This document shows, piece after piece, positions 38,170 through 52,740 of a stretch of 64,000 nt of DNA. A model generated the notes under the pieces. The model was not told where the DNA came from. It saw nothing but the letters and a program-made list of their open reading frames with translations, and did not search any database. The translations under genes were made by a program, and so were the position numbers. The DNA is taken from positions 232,562,001 to 232,626,000 of the forward strand of contig OZ024741.1 in NCBI GenBank assembly GCA_964016885.1, given 5' to 3'. Origin of the DNA: Eledone cirrhosa. Lineage: Eukaryota. Every line of letters starts with the position of its first letter. Within the stretch, counting starts at the first letter, position 1.

Positions 38170-39462
38170 TTATACTTGGGGAGGGTCATATTTGTGTAAT
38201 ATTGCCAGAATTAATAACAGAACACACTCACTGTTTGGTTGGTTTTCGCTTCTCGCTTCTGTGTCTTTTATATCGGTAATCTAACTTACTCGGTCCTCAA
38301 TGTTGCCATTGACTGACGGGCGGTCAAAAATAATACAGATACAATATAGACACAAACACATATATATAGTTTATCATAAATCTTTCGTTGCACATCTGCA
38401 ACAACGTCAGTGGTGCTATATTTTCCTCCTATTGTATTGTATGTCTACGCCATTTTTATTCAGTCTGTCTATATATTTATTTATTTATTTGCTTGTTTGT
38501 TTATTTTATTTTGTCTTCTTTGCGCATGCGTTTGCGTGTGTGTATAGTGTTTTGTTTGCTGTGTGATGGGTGACTAGTGTGTGTTTATGTGTTTGTTGTT
38601 ATTGTGCTTGTGTATGTATTTATTTATTTATTTATTTATTTTATTTTATTTACTTATTTATACTTCTCTTAGGTCAGTGTTGTTTGTTTGGGTGTTGTTG
38701 TTATTCCATTCATTCTTTCTGTTTAGCCTTGGTCTTCTAATTTCTATTTCACTGGCCTCTCTGATTTGCCTATCTGCTGGGTCATTTCTATGTTTAGATA
38801 TTATTCTAATTTCTATGTTGTCTATGTTACCGTCATGTTGTTGTCTAGCATGTTCGTATAGTACTGACCCGTTTTTTCGTCCTTTTAGTTCCCCCAGTGT
38901 TGGTCTATCCTTTCACCTATGCTACGAGCTGTCTCGCCTATGTATGTTGTTGTCATGTTTCTGCAAGTACCCTCAGTACATCTTATGCTATAGACTACGT
39001 TTCTAGTTTTACAGTTTATCCGGGGGTTCACCTTACATATGATACATTTCCTATTGGTACAGTGGGTTTTCTTAAAAGGGTAGGTTTTGCTGATCAGGGA
39101 TTTTATGGTGGTTCCTGGCTTTTCTACCACCTTTATTTTTAAGTGGGTCTTTCTCAGGGCCTTTCTACACTGGTTAGCTAATTTCTCTCCAGGAGTAGCG
39201 TCCACAAAGATGACACTCTGGTATCTCTGGTTGTCGTACCATGAGGTGGCTTTCCCTATCTTATGTCTAGCCCTATCTAAGCTATTCCATGATTTTCTCC
39301 TGTATAATGGGCAAATCCTTTCATGTCCAGTTCTATGAGGGTCTTATACTTCTCCATGGCTCATTCGTATACTCTGACTCTGTCTCTTTGGTTGTAGCCA
39401 GAGAACTGCATGCGGTTGATGAAGTGTCGGATTTCATATAAAAAACCTCGCAAAACTAATTC
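38170..39462 (-). mobile_element. PLE family B fragment nested in the PLE A right arm
   Basis: ORF 38885-39205 is a GIY-YIG block. A short + strand tail gatttcatataaaaaacctcgcaaaact lies at 39431-39460. Confidence 0.85.
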
Positions 39463-39660
39463 ATCGCCGCTATTTATATTTATATATATATATATGTGTA
39501 TATATATGTGTGTGGTTGTATATATGTATGTGTATGTATGGATATGTCGATATTTATGTGTTTATGTATGTGTATATGTATGTGTATGTATATATATACA
39601 CATATATATGTGTATATGTGTGTGTATGTATGTGTGTATGTATATATATATATATATATA

Positions 39661-41973
39661 GGAACCAGTAAGACCCCGACAGCTGAGCTCAAGCCGTTTC
39701 GACGGCTAATTCTGGACTAAATGAAAATTTATCCTGGTATTTAAATAGCCGATCTTCTCAAGGGGTAATTCCATATATGGTCAAAGTGATTGTCAAAAAT
39801 CAGTAGTAATTCTGTGGTTGCAAATTAGTAGGGGAGATGGTGGCTAAACCTGCCAGTAGGAGAAAGAGGGGAGGGGGTGGAGTAGACCCAATCAAGCGTT
39901 GGTAGTGCCAGCTACAGCTGGGCATGAGGTCAAAGAAGATACAGGGGAGGGGGAGGGGGAGGAAGTCGGAACGGTAGGTAGAACAATGGGGGGTTGAAAT
40001 ATATAGGAAAGAAAAAATACTGAGAGTGAAGAAAAGCAAATAAGTGTAAAGAAAAAAGTAAAGTAAATTAAATTCTACGACCTAGGTCTCAGGCTATTGT
40101 TAGGCTAGAATAAAATAAAGAAAGAAAGAAAGAAGTAAAGAAATAAATAAATAAAGAAATAACGAAATAAGTAAAAGAACTAGGTGGGACGGATTAGGCA
40201 AGGACCCTTTTAAGAGGTATAAGTACGTAAATGATACGGTGACGGGTCAACAAAAGGGGCCAAAATACTAAAGAGACTACCACGAAATAAACAATAAAGG
40301 TTTCCATCCCGGGCCAGCAACGACCCAGTGCAGCAAAGTGAACTTGTACGAGATAATAATTCTGAGTCCCGAGAAAAATATATACTAATGCTAACTCTAA
40401 AAGATCTAAAACAAGCTACATGAAAGTTCGTACGAAATAAAGGTAGAATACGGAGAAATAAATTCAGAATCCACCCCGCCCAGAAGAAAAGCGAAGCAAG
40501 AAATACTGAAACGAAAAAATAAGGCATAAGTGCCACTAAGAAATATAGAGGGCACAGAGGTGGGAGCGGTCGGAAAAAAGGGACCAACTCCTAAACAAGA
40601 AAGATGAACTGGTTACTGCATGTAAACATAGATTGCGTAGGACTTACCTCGCCCTCAAACCCCATAATGACCCGGGGGGGTAGACTAGGGCTATAACACC
40701 CCACTTGCCGATTTTGCAATGGGTAACCCCTGCTTGCCAAGGAAGACGTAAGATCTTCTTTGTATTCTTTTATCGCTTCCTTTATTTCCTTCCCCCTCTC
40801 TCCTTTGTCCTTCTACCCCAGCTCTTCTCCTTTGTCGGCGTCTTTTCTCGCCCACCCGAGGCTGCCCTTTGGCCCCATGTAGCCTTAGTACCCCCACCAC
40901 CCCCTCCCCTAGTCTATGATAGATTTGGCGGACTCCGCCCTTTATAGCAGTTGGCTTAGACCCCGGATACTTGCCCCCTTTTTCCGACCGCTCCCACTAT
41001 TCTCTGTGCCCTCTATATTTCTTAGTGGCACTTATGCCTTATTTTTTCGTTTCAGTATTTCTTGCTTCGCTTTTCTTCTGGGCGGGGTGGATTCTGAATT
41101 TATTTCTCCGTATTCTACCTTTATTTCGTACGAACTTTCATGTAGCTTGTTTTAGATCTTTTAGAGTTAGCATTAGTATATATTTTTCTCGGGACTCAGA
41201 ATTATTATCTCGTACAAGTTCACTTTGCTGCACTGGGTCGTTGCTGGCCCGGGATGGAAACCTTTATTGTTTATTTCGTGGTAGTCTCTTTAGTATTTTG
41301 GCCCCTTTTGTTGACCCGTCACCGTATCATTTACGTACTTATACCTCTTAAAAGGGTCCTTGCCTAATCCGTCCCACCTAGTTCTTTTACTTATTTCGTT
41401 ATTTCTTTATTTATTTATTTCTTTACTTCTTTCTTTCTTTATTTTATTCTAGCCTAACAATAGCCTGAGACCTAGGTCGTAGAATTTAATTTACTTTACT
41501 TTTTTCTTTACACTTATTTGCTTTTCTTCACTCTCAGTATTTTTTCTTTCCTATATATTTCTACCCCCCATTGTTCTACCTACCGTTCCGACTTCCCACC
41601 CTCCCCCTCCCCTGTATCTTCTTTAACCTCATGCCCAGCTGTAGCTGGCACTACCAACGCTTGATTGGGTCTACTCCACCCCCTCCCCTCTTTCTCCTAC
41701 TGGCAGGTTTAGCCACCATCTCCCCTACTAATTTGCAACCACAGAATTACTACTGATTTTTGACAATCACTTTGACCATATATGGAATTACCCCTTGAGA
41801 AGATCGGCTATTTAAATACCAGGATAAATTTTCATTTAGTCCAGAATTAGCCGTTGAAACGGCTTGAGCTCAGCTGTCGGGGTCTTACTGGTTCCTATTA
41901 CCCACTCTACTACCTCAAGTATTGAGTACTTTGGTGCGTTATGGTCCACCTGGTTCCTTACCACATTTCCTTC

Positions 41974-41976
<3 letters not shown>
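39661..41976. mobile_element. Non-coding fold-back element: about 925-bp near-identical inverted arms, about 385-bp spacer, about 80-bp tail
   Basis: 39661-40587 is the reverse complement of 40971-41896, with mirror-image ORFs 40210-40587 and 40971-41351. Flanked by (TA)n. Confidence 0.9.
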
Positions 41977-42036
<60 letters not shown>

Positions 42037-42182
42037 ATGTATATAATTGTGTGTGTGTGTGTGTGTGTTTGCATGTGTGTTTTTATTTTATTTTTCCTTT
42101 CCTTCTTCCTTCTCCAGCCTCACTTTCATATAGACTGCATTTTTGTTTTTAGAATCCAATATCAATAAATACACCCGGATTT

Positions 42183-42242
42183 TTTCATTCTGATGATTGA
42201 AAGCAAAATTCTTTGCTTTTAAGAAACCACTGGTAAATGGAA
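42183..42242 (+). ncRNA. Type-I hammerhead ribozyme (PLE A, right arm)
   Basis: ttcatt CTGATGA ttgaaagcaaa-attc-tttgcttttaa GAAA ccactgg TA aatggaa. Confidence 0.85.
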
Positions 42243-42503
42243 TAATTACCTTATGTTGTTTATTACATAACTATTAAGCTCTGTTACTTACATAGAGCAC
42301 TCTTTCTTCCTGGACTTTTCCGACGGAATTACTTCATTTTCATATATATATATATGCATATGACCAAATATTAATATGGTTCATTGATTACTCAATGAAT
42401 ATAGTTTTACAATAGATTAAAAGCACTCTACAATAAAGTTTTCTTGAGTTATTATTATTCAGAATAATAATAAATGAAGACATTCACGTAATCAAAATAT
42501 ATG

Positions 42504-42565
42504 TTTTATTATATATATTTCGAAGGTACTGTGCTGTTTTTTCTGTTCGTCCTCGTCAGATAAAA
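42504..42565 (-). ncRNA. Type-I hammerhead ribozyme (PLE C, left arm; stem II decayed)
   Basis: ttttat CTGACGA ggacgaacag...cagtaccttc GAAA tatata TA ataaaa. Confidence 0.65.
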
Positions 42566-44544
42566 TACATGAATTGATGTAGGACATATCTTAATTGTCT
42601 TGATAGTTCAATTCCAGTATTGGCAGTGATTTATTTCAACAAATAATATGATATACATTATATACCACAAATAATAACATGATATACTTAAATTAAAAGA
42701 AGATGAAGAGAATGAGGAGTGAAATATGGGTATATGGAGGGCGTGAATATGGGGAAATCCAATAAGAAAATAAATAAACACATACATACATAAATATTTA
42801 AATGAGTAAATAAATATATAAAAAGAAAAAAAGAAAAGGGAGGAGAGAGAGAAGAGAGAATAAGAAAGAAGAAATAACGACAAAAAAGAAAAAAAGGAAG
42901 AAAGAAATGATGCGGATATGTATAGAGACCGTTGTTTTCAAATATTAAGTCAAATTGAGGCGACCAAATAGATAACAGGAAATTGTTAATATCTTTTGTA
43001 TTTCGGTTATGTTTAAGCTAATTATACTTATATATTGTATGAAAATTAACCAATAAAAAAAGAAAAATGTTCTTCTATAGCCAACAGATACATAATTTAA
43101 TTAAGTAGTATATTCATTAAATATTTTTTTATAATATTTAGAAATATTTTTATCTTTAAAGCATATTTAAATAGTTATTAAATATGTATAAAGATATCTA
43201 TTAAAACATATGCGTATATTACCATCAGTATATATATTAAATTAAATATTATATTAAGATCATTTATTATCTGAATTATTCTATTTTCTTTATAAAAACA
43301 TTTCAATTTATTGATTGTCATTTCATTACAGGATTAATTTATAGTTATATTTAATCTCAAAAGTTTTATTATTTCTAATTTACTTCAATAATTACTCATT
43401 ATATATATTTTCCCTTTAAGGATTACCATATATTATTAGACTGATATAAATCATGTTAAATATACTTTAGCAAGCTATTCAGACAGAACAAAATTATTTA
43501 CGAAGAATGTAAACAAAGGAAGATAACTCATTCATCCTATGTGAACATTTAAAACATTTAAGTATTTTGAAAAACAAAAAGGTATTTCAACGCAAATCAA
43601 GGAATTTCAAGTTAAACAATGACCTTACTAAATGTAAACATAGGATATTGAGACATATCATGAGATTGATTTACTAGATAAAAGCGGGAAGCAATTTTTA
43701 CCGGTAAGGCGAAACGTTATATATATAATTTTTTAAGAATTATTAATAGATACTATTTTTTTGAAATTTGTGTAATGTTTGAAACGTTCTTCCATACTTA
43801 TGTTGACAGCTACTAAATAATTCATTTTTCTTATTAATTAAATTACCATCATTTGTAATTATCAATATAATCTTTAAATCGCAAAGATTGCAATTTGGTG
43901 AAATGGATGCGTTCCGGTAGGAATTAGAATTTTTTAACTTACTCCAAGAAATTGAATATTTGATATTTGTTTCTTTCAAAGACCATATTAATTGTGATAG
44001 TGATGTGGAAATTTTTTATCTGGATTACAAAAAGAATGTTTATCATTGTAAAAACGTAACTTAAACTTAGCTGAAGTGGCACCAATGTAGTTATATGTAT
44101 TATTGTTATTAGTTTTAATGGTACATTTATACACTAGATTCTTGTTTAGACAATTATTTTGTAAAAAGCATTCTGATTTCCTTCTACAGTTTCAATTCAT
44201 TTCGATGTTATTTCTATTCGTATTATTACTATTATTTATAGGTGTTCTACTATTATTCATATTTAAACTATTATTATTGTTATTCCAATTAACTAATGTA
44301 TTATTATTATTATCGCTAATTCTATGGTGGTTCAAATTAAGATTTTTACTATTTATTTTTGCTATATTTTGAGCAATATTCATAGTTGTTGAATAAGAGA
44401 TTTTAACTGTGTGTCTATTGAAGATAGAGTAATACTTACCGATCTTGAGGGAATTTTCATCCTTGATATGATAAATAGAAAACTTCCGGAGATTACCGGT
44501 GGTTTATATAGAGACGACATATTATTTACAGTAGATAGACATAA

Positions 44545-44735
44545 TTGTTTCTACTTTTTGGCACAAGGCCAGCAATTACAAAGTACATTACTGGTACTTT
44601 ATTTTATCGATCCCGTAAGGATGAAAGGCAAAGTTAACCTCGGTGGGATTTCAACTCAGACCGTAAAGGGACGTAACTATGCTATAAAGCATGGTGTCCG
44701 AACCTCCAGGGATACTGCCAATTCACCGCCTTATT
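44545..44735 (-). mobile_element. Near full-length SINE (8845 family)
   Basis: Minus head aaggcggtgaattggcag and B-box gagttgaaatccc, with the same body and tail. Confidence 0.75.
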
Positions 44736-45417
44736 CATAATAATAATAATAATAACAGAATTAACTGTAAAAACAACAACTTGAGGAATAAATTGGGGAA
44801 AAAAGTAAGGACTGGATCTATAATTTGGTATGCTCCGCCAGCATCTTTAGCTATTAAAACAACTTTAGCACATTTATTCTTTAAAACCTTGGATAAATGT
44901 TTCCCTAGATCACATAAGTATTACTCTATCATCAATAGACATACAGTTAAACTCTCTTTTTCAACAACTATGAATATTGCTCAAAATATAGCAAAAATAA
45001 ATAGTAAAAATCTTAATTTGAACCAACATAGAATTAGCGATAATAACAATAATAATGATAATACATTAGTTAATTGGAATAACAATAGTAATAGTTTAAA
45101 TACTAGACCACCCGTGACACGTTGGGTCATGTTCACTTAAAAAATTTTTATAATGTAAAATGACATTGGAAAACCAATACATTTATGTGTGTGTGTATAT
45201 GTACGTTTATGTATATATATATATGTGTTTGTGTGTGGGGGTGTCTGTGGCCTATATACACTGGTTACAGACACACACACACACACACATCCTGTCCTAA
45301 CACAAGTATTAAGATACATATAACTTAATATTCAGTCACCAAATTCAAGCTAGATACAGTAATGCTGTATTCGCTTTTTTGAAATCACCTGTCATAATTT
45401 CATTCAACAACACCACC

Positions 45418-45544
<127 letters not shown>

Positions 45545-45964
45545 CCACACACACACAATCAATATCTGCGTTTGTATTCACATTTCAATGGTACCTTACT
45601 TTCAAAGAATTTTCCCATTATGCGCTGATTTGGCTATTTATAAAGGTACCCGCGTATCTCGGGAACCCGTGGTCCGATTTACGCGAAACTTGTCTTTTCA
45701 CTGTATAATTCACAAGTATTTTCACAAAGAAAATATCAAATCATTTTTCACTAATAGCTATCCAATTACTCCACTTCAAAGTTCTTTTTTCTATATCTCT
45801 ATGGATATATGACTGTTCTGAAAGATTTTTCTGCTTAAAAAGTTGTTAATGAAAAGCTGGTTTTATTTACAAAAATTTGAAAGAAATTTTTCTTATTTGT
45901 CTTAGTTTTTTCTTTTCCTTTCATTTTCTGATGTCGGAATCAACATTTTCTCATATTTACGCTG

Positions 45965-48900
45965 TTACAGTTTGTTCAAAAGAATGCTTTTGATGACAAC
46001 ATTCTTAGTTGACTGGGTATCCTTCAGAAACACTCTGACATTTTCTTTTCGTTTTCCGCGACTAAGGGCTACATACAGTTGACCGTGTTGGAATACAGGT
46101 CGTTCCAGATAAACCAAGACGTTTTCCATAGTTTGTCCTTGTGTTTTATGAATAGTCATAGCGAAGCACGATTAAACCGGGAATTGGCTTCTCTGTAAAG
46201 GGATATCCTCACCTTCGGATAGATTAATTCTTATTCTAGGTATCATAACGATCTCATTTCTGAAAGCAGCAGTGTTGATTCTTGCTACTATGAGATTGTC
46301 GTGCAGTTCTTCCACGATCATGCGCGTTCCATTACAAAGCCTTGGATGATTCAAGTTTCTCATAAGAATAATTGGCGATCCTTTTTTCAATTCCAGGTTA
46401 TGTGGTGTCAGTCCTGATAGTTCAACCGAATCAAGGAATTCACTCACAGAATTATAGGATCGGTACTCTTTTATGGTTCCAGGGAAGCGTCTGATACAGG
46501 TGGAATTGATGCTTCTCATCATTTCATTGAGAGGTACTAAGATGCAATTGTTCGAAAACACTTCAGCTGGATTGTCGAATGAGGGATAGATGAAATCAAT
46601 ACATTCTTCCATAGTTGTTGCTTGGAGAACCATTTCTTTTGGCAAAATAATTTCTTCATTTTCAGTTTTTTTTATCTTATCTTCTCCAATATACAATAGG
46701 AACTGCGAATAGTCTCCTGCTCCCCCACCCAATCGCATGTTTGTCTTCAATTGAAATCTTTTAAAGCTTCGCCATAAGTAGGATTTTTTAATGCAGGCGT
46801 TTTCCACGTTCGCTTCATTTCCCCTTTTCACTACCGAAAGAAGCTGACGGAAATCGCCACAGTAAATTGTCAAAATTCCACCGAATCCCTCATTGTTGTC
46901 GCATATGTCACGCAGAATGAGGTCAACAGCTTCGAAGCTTTCCCTCCGAAACATAGGACACTCATCCCAAACAATCAGCCTTGTATGCTGGAAGAGGTTT
47001 GCCGTCGTTGTGTTTTTATCAATGTTGCACAGACTATTTTCTTTCACTACTATCGGTATTTTGAACCTGGAATGCGCTGTTCTTCCACCAGGCATCAGTG
47101 TTGCAGCAATGCCAGATGACACAACATCAATAGCCACGTCGCCGTTTCCCCTGACTTTTGAAAGAATTAAGTTAATCAGGAATGTCTTTCTTGTTCCACC
47201 TGGAGCGTCAATGGAAATCAATGCAGATGTGTTCGTCTCTAAACTGTTACAAACGAAGTCATATACGTGTTTTTGTTCACTATTCAATAGAGGCTCCGTC
47301 TCCTCTACAACTCGTCGCTGCTCTCCTATGCTGTATTGCAATTCATGCAATAACTCCAAATTGCCAATATCCTGATTAGCAACAATATTATTTTGCCTTG
47401 GCAAGTTAAAGTCACTAAGGCTTAGGGTACCGCCCAGGTCGTTAAGTTTGTCTTCAAAATACAGAAGACATTGATTATAATGTCTCTCGCTAATCAAAAG
47501 GTTAGAGTTTCTGGAGGCCCTTTTTTCTATTTGAAGGTAATCCTCAGACAGCGAATGCTTAAATCGAGCCCATAAAGCACTGGAATTGTCAATTTCCGTA
47601 TTTGTGAGGAGCACGATGAATAGATCTCTCATGGCTTTGGGAAGCCTTGTTCGCTCAGCATCTTCCAGAGTATGCTGCCAATGATCATCCGATTGAAGCA
47701 AACCTTTCTCTCTGCAGACGTCTTTGAATAATGTCAGGAGTTCTCCATCACACATTTTCAACGAGTTGAAGGATACTGCCCCTTTGACGTGATACAGATA
47801 ATACAGGTCACCACTTCGTGGAGAAACAGTGTATACTTGTCCCAAAACGTTCCCCTCAAAACTCCCTGGATACTGCTCAAGTGTTTCCCCTACCTTTATC
47901 CTTTCCAATATCTTATTACTCCAAGTGTAAAACTTTGGCACATCGGTATAATACAATGTTTTTGCAAACGGATCGCGATCGCAAAGATCCATGAACTCAG
48001 TCAGTCGTCTTAGCCATGTTATTGTTTACTTTAACAGCAGCATTGACCCGAAAGAAGATTTGATTTTCCTCAGGTAGATGAACTTGAAGGCGAACTACGG
48101 CCGGTTCTCTCTCATGAATAGGAAATCCAAGTAAACATCCAGGCAACAGCTTCTGAAGGACCGATATATCTTCCTGTTAAATACTGTATTATCTCATCTT
48201 CCCCGTTCACTCCAAACATTGCCTGATCACTGCCCTTCATGGTATATTTGATAACGTATTTGATCGATTTCACGGAAGAGCACATCTCTAAGTTTAGGTG
48301 GCAGTTGAACAGTTTTAATAGTTTCATATTGTAGGGAACCACCCATTCCGAAGTTATATTTCGGCTTCCCCTTCCTTCTTGGTGTCCCTCAAATCCTCCC
48401 ATTCCTGGAGACCGTCTTCTGGACACAGGATAAGAGTCCTCTCCACACAATGTATATTCATTGAAAGGCTTAGGGTACCGCTTACTGCACGTTCCATCTT
48501 TCCAACACGGCGAATTTTTAGAGCAATTCGGACCGTGGATCATGTGCTTCAGCACCAATTCATGACCCTCTGGATCTTTGTTTGGATCTGGTATTTCGGC
48601 TTGAACAAATTTATCATATTCCTGCGGTCTGGGCTTAGAGGCTTCATTGAGCCATAGCAAACAGTGCACATGAGGAAGACCTCGCTTTTGATATTCGACT
48701 GTCAGCACGTAAGCAATGCACTTGCCAAATAGGCCATCTACTCCAGTAAGATACTTTCTTAAGTTTCCGCTTCAGGTCAAATACTCTGGTAATTAAATCT
48801 GGCCTGTCATGTGGCTTCTGATTCAGAAATAGGTTTTGCAGGATTTCGGGCCAGTTTGGATTGCATGTCATTGTGATGAAGAACAAAGGATTGCCGTACT

Positions 48901-50767
48901 TCTGTATGTACATCATGGCATCGCTCCATCATATATCTCGGTCCACCGACAAATGTGGAAGAGAATATGATTCGCCTGCCAATATTGCGAAAATCGTCAT
49001 CATCATTCAATGCGTCAATAAGGCCCTTGTATGTTGTAGATCGCAATGATGTTTGATTCATTCGGATGTATTGCAGTCTATCTCCTTCAATCTTCGCAGC
49101 CATGTCAACCAAATATTGCTGAAATAAACGACCGCCGCTGAGAAGTTGGTTGAATTCATTCTCATGGTTCATTATTCGATAGGCATAGTAGCGCATTGGC
49201 GTCAACTTCTTGTTGTTGCTCATTAACATCTCATGATGCCATCCATCATTGCCAAAAGGAAAAAAATAGAACATACTGCAAACTATCATAGGACCGACGG
49301 GACTCTGAGATTATTTGCAATTGTCCACCTTTTTTCTTTCAACACAATGTGCCGTGCTTTTGCTTGAAGTTCGGTGCTGTTTTGTATAATAACGGCAACT
49401 TCGTTTGCAGTTTGTGGATTGAATCTTCTCTCATGTTCCATTGATGGTCTCCTATCAGGATCAATAATAATCGAAGCTTCGGGATTATTTTTAATTTGTT
49501 CTTTTGCCACTCGAAATGAAGCAACGTAAGGGTTATATTGTCTGAGTATTATTTCGAATAATTCAACTATGTCGCGCTGAATGCCATCGTTATGGAGTAT
49601 CCTGATCCTCAAATCAACACTATCTTGAGGATCCAAGAAGTAAATTTGAAGAAATTGGGGTTGTTCGTTGGGATTAGGGGTTAAGGAACCGATGTAATGT
49701 TGAATTTGACCATGAATAACGATAGGATTCCGTCCACTCCTTGAGGAACGATCTGCTTCCGCTCCAAATTATGTCATTTGGAACAGGCAGTTGTATTGTC
49801 TGAGGTACTTCCTGAACTCGTTTGCCCTAGGTCGATCAGTACTAATAAACTGTGAAGTTCCTGGAGGTGAAGGCTGCAGATTCCCCAACCTGACTTTTCC
49901 ATTCATACAGCAAAAGTTAGCAGTTTCACCATGAAAAAGCATTGCATGACAACAGACACATATCTTATTCATTTGTCCAACATCAGCAGAGAGGTCACGT
50001 CGTTGAACTGTCCTTGCTCTATCCCTAATGGTTTGTTGGCAAAGACGCTCAGCTCTCCGAGCGTCCAATTCATGATCTCTCCTTCTTCTGTCTATTTCCC
50101 TCTGTTCCACCTGACGCTCAGCTCTCCGACCATCCGATTCATGATCCCTCCTGCTTCTGTCTCTTTCCCTCTGTTCCGCCTGACGCTCAGCTCTCCGACC
50201 ATCCGATTCATGATCTCTCCTTCTTCTGTCTATTTCCCTCTGTTCCACCTGACGCTCAGCTCTCCGACCATCCGATTCATGATCTCTCCTTCTTCTGTCT
50301 ATTTCCCTCTGTTCCACCTGACGCTCAGCTCTCCGACCATCCGATTCTAGATCTCTCCTTCTTCTGTCTCTTTCCCTCTGTTCCACCTGACGCTCAGCTC
50401 TCCGATCATCCGATTAATGATCTCTCCTGCTTCCGTCTATTTCCCTCTGTTCCGCCTGACGCTCAGCTCTACGACCATCCGATTCATGATCTCTCCTTCT
50501 TCTGTCTCTTTCCCTATGTTCCGCCAGAGGCTCAGCTCTCCGATCAACCGATTCATGATCTCTCCTGCTTCTGTCTCTTTCCCTCTGTTCCGCTAGACGC
50601 GCAGCCCTTGCTTTATCAGTCTCATCGATCCTTCTATTCGCAAGCCTGTCCCGATCTTGTTGGCGTTGACCACTATCTTGCTCACCTTCTTCGGCTATCC
50701 TTAGCCGTTATTTCTTTCCACTATCGATAGACCAACCAGATGTTTTCTTTCTTCCTCGTCGAGGCAT
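45965..50767 (-). pseudogene. Helitron RepHel (HUH Rep + Pif1-like helicase), multiply frameshifted
   Basis: FFITMTCNPNWPEI, VEYQKRGLPHVH, KYVIKY, DAPGGTRKTF, GGRTAHSRFKIP, WDECPM, GDFRQL, LCNGTR, TIHKTQGQT and HGQLYVALSR. Confidence 0.92.
50045..50600 (-). repeat. 69-bp (23-aa) tandem repeat, about 8 copies, in the RepHel N-terminus
   Basis: Unit EQREIDRRRRDHESDGRRAERQV. ctgttcc occurs at 50102 and 50171. Confidence 0.9.
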
Positions 50768-51552
50768 TATTTAAGAATCGAAAATCCTATTCACCTTAAA
50801 AAAATTCCTATTACTTCAACAAATATTTTTTGAATCATCATTTAGAAATATTTCTAAATAATGAAAATATTGTATGTTTAAGCAACTCGTATTTTTCAAA
50901 TCATATTCACTTAAAAATACTTATTAATAATTAAAATATTCTGTTTAAAGATAGCTGAAATATATATACTCAGTGTACAAATAATTTGTATTTTGTAAGT
51001 CATTTTCACTTAAGAATATTTTTTAAATATGCCAAGAAATATTTTTTCCATCGTATTCACTTGAAAATAATTATTACAAAATGAAGATATTGTCTATGTA
51101 AATAAAGGTATTTGTGAAATCAAATTCACTTTAAAATATTTCTAAATAATTGAAATATTCTTTTTAACAAAAGCAAATATATAAACACCTACTATTTAAA
51201 ACCAACTGGTATTTTTCAGTCATATTCACTTAATGCATTTCTGATAATTAAAATATTGTCTGTTTAAAGAAAGCTCAAATATAGATACTTGAAGTACAAA
51301 CAAGTTGTAGTTTTGAAATCATATTCACTGAGAAATCACTGAAAAATCTTTTTTTAACAATTATTAAAAATATTTTTCGAATGATGAAAATAGTTTATGT
51401 CGATTTACGTCAAACTTGTTTTATCCCCATTTCAGGGTTATGTCACTTACAGGGCTATTTTTCCATTATGCATCGTTTTGGCTATTTACGAAGGTATCCT
51501 ACACACACAAATATATATATGTCTCTAACTTAAGTACTGTTACAAACACACA

Positions 51553-51654
<102 letters not shown>

Positions 51655-52526
51655 CTTTAAGTACGTAAACACATGCACTGGCACACATACACATACACAC
51701 GGTAGCAGTAGAACTGTGAAAGAGAGAGAAAGAAATAACGTTATGGTTAGGGGGGAGAGTTAAAATAAATAAACGTTAAGGACGCTGTCTCTTTCACTAT
51801 CTGTCATCCACCTCTCTTTCTCATCTCTTTATTCTCTCTCTCTCTCTCTCTCTCTCACCCTCACTCTCTCTTTCTCTCTCTCACCCCTCTCTGTCTCTCT
51901 TACCTACAGAATGGACAACCAAAAAAACAAATGGATTATTTCTTTCGATATTCATTATAAAATAAGCTAAATTGAATTTACATGAATTCCTTGCTATTTT
52001 TGGAAAATTGAAAATATTGTCCATGTGCGATTTACGCCAAACTTGTTTTATTCAGAGTATGTTCTAATTATGCAATGTTTTGGCTATTTACGAAGTTTTG
52101 CAGGGTTATGTTAATTTCGAGGTATTTTCCCAGTATGCACCGTTGTGGCTATTTACGAAGGTACCCCCCCCCAAAAAAAAAACCGCGTATCTCGGGAACC
52201 CGGGTCAGATTTTCGCGATACTTGTTTTATTCAATTTGTATTCCCATTTCAGAGGTAACTTGCGTTCAAAGTATTTTCCCATTATACGCCCTTTTGGCTG
52301 TATTACATAACAGACGAGCAAGCAAGAAAGCACGCAAGATCAGCGTTTTAGTAGTATATAGATGAATAATAGTAGAACATCTATAAATAATAATAATAAT
52401 AATAATACGAATAGAAATAACATCGAAATGAATTGTAACTGTAGAAGGAAATCAGAATGTCCTTTACAAAATAATTGCCTAGACAAGAATCTAGTGTATA
52501 AATGTACCATTAAAACTAATAATAAT

Positions 52527-52740
52527 GGTTTCTACTTTTGGCACAAGACCAGCAATTACTCAGTGCATTACTGGTACTTTATTTTATCGACCACGTAAGG
52601 ATGAAAGGCAAAGTTAACCTCGGCGGGATTTGAACTCAGATCATACAGGGAGGTAACTCTATGCTTCAAAACATGTTGTCCGACCCTCTACCGATACTGC
52701 CAATCCACCGCCTCTACCGATACTGCCAATCCATCCACCT
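52527..52740 (-). mobile_element. SINE with TSD ttaaaactaataa and an internal 22-bp duplication
   Basis: TSD at about 52510 and 52740. ctctaccgatactgccaatcca occurs twice. Confidence 0.75.

Noticed and set aside
40210-41351. Twin 125-aa hydrophobic ORFs
   Set aside because: Mirror copies in pyrimidine-rich inverted arms, with non-ATG starts and no domain.
41849-41898. Assignment of the 50-nt motif to twister, pistol, HDV-like or SECIS
   Set aside because: I could not fit their consensus by eye on either strand, so it is left unclassified.
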